64,000 nucleotides of DNA. Source: Chlorokybus atmophyticus (lineage: Eukaryota > Plantae > Mesostigma and Chlorokybus algae). This document shows positions 61,457 to 64,000 of the stretch, one piece after another (position 1 is the stretch's first letter; each line of letters begins with the position of its first letter). The stretch lies in the NCBI GenBank assembly GCA_009103225.1, contig RHPI01003369.1:503500-567499 (forward strand). Reading direction: 5' to 3'. The notes beneath the pieces are model-generated. The model saw only the letters and a list, made by a program, of their open reading frames with translations, was not told the origin of the DNA and ran no database searches. The position numbers were made by a program, and so were the translations under genes.

Positions 61457-62510
61457 CCCTTGATAGGTTTTATGTTTCTTCATATCTATCTGGCACACAC
61501 CTCTGCGCAGCAGAGGTGTGTACCAGATAGACACCGACTGCATCAATTGAACCGAAGCCACTGTTGGTCGTTGCCAGGACATAGCACAGGATTAGTTCAT
61601 TCTGGGTACATCATGTGCATGGTCACACCATTTGTTTCTTGAAGTAAATCAACTGCGGCTGCTATTGCATACGCAGTATTGAAGTGACATCCCTTGACAC
61701 TACACTCTACTGTATACAACTGACCTCCTCACTCAAAAGTGTCCCAATTGCGGTATCTGGTTGTAGTTCAAGAAACACAATGGGGGTGAAAACTCTACAC
61801 ATCACACAAACAGCCCACTGTGTTCACTCAGGTGAGTGCGGGTGTACAGATTAGTGTCATGTGCAAGGTTCGTCTTGTTGCACGCTAGGGGTTTGGGCCA
61901 CCCCCCCTGCGTGCTGTTGTTGTCATCTATATTATCATGTCTTCGTCTGATTGATCCTTATATGCTTTGTGTACTCCGCTACTAGAGGCATGGGTGTGAA
62001 TGCATGATGTGCATAGTGCATAGCATAACGCAAAAGTTCTACCCTAATTTGCACACACATGATGCAGCTTGCATCTTTTGTACATATGCAGGTGTAGATG
62101 GCAATGGTTGAGGCGTATGCTGCTCACTACACACCACATTGTTTGTGTCACAGTCCAAACGACACAATCACTACCCAGGATGAGTCCAGCATGATTCAAT
62201 TACAGTCATGGGTCCTAACTGTGAGTAACAACCAAAATTTGGCCTACTACACATGAAGTTCAGCTCAGCAAGAATTGGCCTGATGCAGAGCGCAAGGTCC
62301 AGCTCCACATAACCACTTGAACATGACTATGCAAGAAAAATGTGCCCGCCCTTATATTCCTCTGCATGCATGTGTGTGCTACTGCGGGTGCCCTATGCAT
62401 AGACAACCAAGCGCATGCAAGCAGCACACACGCACCAATGCGGCACAATTGGCGTGAGAGAAGCTTAATATTGTTTACACAAAGCACTGCATAGAGCACA
62501 ATGTCTGCTT

Positions 62511-63352
62511 TCACCGCAGGCGCCTGGCCTCGCGCTCTGACTCCAGCAACGTAAGGATGTCACCTAAGAGCACAAAGCAACTGTTCTACCACAAGTTCGA
62601 CACCAACATTGCAACACGTTGATAGTGCGTTCTGACTGTGGATGCGTCAATGCCAAAGAGAACGCAAACCACACAGCAACCGCTTTCGTCATGGGCTGTT
62701 GCTAAACCATGCACGAAATCAATATGGCTGTGTAATTGTGTAACTGGATGGCGCACATGGATGTGTGGTTTGTGTAGAAGCACATACCTGGGTTGACCTG
62801 CCTGTACAATCAATGCGTGAAGGCAATGTGTTTACGTGCACACTCAGTTACTAGTGATTCGCGTAAACTGACACACTGATGGCCCATGCTGCTTGGGAAC
62901 TACACGTAAATGATAATGTCATGACGATCGCCAGTAGTATGCTGTTGAAAGGAACAACTTGTGACGGTAAACAACAACGTGTTTGGTCTGTGACGATGCA
63001 ACTTCAAAGTAGCTAAACCGAGTATGAACAGACTGCAATTGAAAGCCGCTTGTGAGGGATATTCATTTGTGACTACCTTCGCGGACGGGTCCCTTGACGT
63101 TGCGCATGATGAGGCGGTTCTGATCGTCCAAGAACTTGACGCGCACCTGGGTGACCTGACCTCTGCTTCCCGTGCGGCCCATCACCTTCATCACAATAGC
63201 CAGCTTCACCGGCGCATCCTGCAACACACAAGACAACGTCTCAACCCTTGTCTGGAAGCATCCTCTGCTCCCCATAACACCCGCTCCACCAAATCATAAT
63301 CCCGACGACGTATATCTCCCCAAGGCAATGACGCATCCAGCTTCCTCACCAT
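62511..63352 (-). CDS. RPS28: 40S ribosomal protein S28 (eS28); 3 coding exons, the first is the ATG alone
   Basis: [65 protein letters not shown]. Confidence 0.97.
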
Positions 63353-63449
63353 GACTTCAGCCGACGACGACCACGATGCCCACAAAGACAACGCCCGCGC
63401 GGCGGCGGCGGCAGCGGCGGCAAGAGCGGCGGTGACCAGAGAGGGCGGA

Positions 63450-63458
63450 TTAGGGTTT
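63450..63458 (-). promoter_or_regulatory. Telo-box (AAACCCTAA) about 100 bp upstream of the RPS28 ATG
   Basis: + strand TTAGGGTTT; a site-II-like TGGGCT also lies near 63632. Confidence 0.6.
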
Positions 63459-63668
63459 CAGCCGCCGATTTGCGCTGCAAAGCAAACCAATGCCCGCCTG
63501 CAGTCATCGCTCTGCAAGTACAGCGTGCAACAGTCAGTCCAATTTGGACGGCTGAGATTAGGTTAGATTAGGGCGTTTCGGGTTCAGAGTTGGATCACTT
63601 GGCTCACCTGGGTTCGGTTTACGCTCAGCTTGGGCTCACTGTTGCACCTCAGGGTGCTTGTCTTCCCT

Positions 63669-64000
63669 ATGGCGGAGGGGATGGCGGAGCTATGGGGGGC
63701 AGCGGCGGCGCGCCGGGAGAGTGAGGGTAGTCTTAATGACGAGGATCATACGGAACTCCTTCCTGCCATGCGTGTGAGTAGCGAATTGTGCAACTGCACA
63801 CAGCTTGGACGCTGAAGCTGTGAGCTGCTGTCTGCTCAGCTCACAGCTGTGAGCAACCAAGCCGTGTGCAGTTGCAGCTGGAAGCGTTGGCCACTGATTG
63901 TTGAGCAGTCTCAAGCCATTTAACATTGAGAAGCTTGGAGCTAGTTGATTGTATGTATGTTCTGCAGGAGTCCGTTGGTCCGTTTGCTAGCGACGAGCCA
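63669..64000 (+). CDS. 5' end of a gene divergent from RPS28, truncated by the window edge; product unknown
   Basis: ATG 63669 opens MAEGMAELWGAAAARRESEG..., with a GTGAGT donor near 63773 and a TGCAG acceptor near 63968. Confidence 0.35.

Overview
Eukaryotic, intron-rich DNA, most consistent with a green alga. An early-diverging streptophyte is inferred from the SYT6-, STR14-, DUF4336-, VIP3- and plant-type AK-HSDH-like genes plus Rab23; this is not proven. The window has two compartments. (1) About 1-19.3 kb is a nest of decayed transposons. Its centrepiece is a minus-strand Ty3/gypsy retrotransposon whose polyprotein carries a DNMT3-like C5 cytosine methyltransferase domain (motifs I, IV, VI, VIII, IX, X visible) between protease and reverse transcriptase. 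One Ty1/copia LTR family has inserted into it repeatedly: three solo LTRs plus a 5' LTR with a half-tRNA-iMet primer site GGTTATGGGCCCA. The nest also holds a copia 3' end, a second gypsy pol interrupted by a hAT transposase remnant, and a 599-bp TRIM with about 78-bp LTRs and a perfect CTTAC target-site duplication. (2) About 19.4-64 kb is gene-dense: SYT6-like, RPB7, DUF4336, AK-HSDH, E(z)/EZH2-like, TMEM234-like, RAB23, STR14-like rhodanese, a RING plus chromodomain-like protein, an atypical PAP2 phosphatase, VIP3/WDR61, RPS28 and a partial gene at the right edge. A long imperfect inverted repeat with a nested 35-bp hairpin lies between E(z) and TMEM234. Exon boundaries were inferred by hand from GT-AG sites and protein motifs. 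All family assignments are from recalled motifs; no database search was run.
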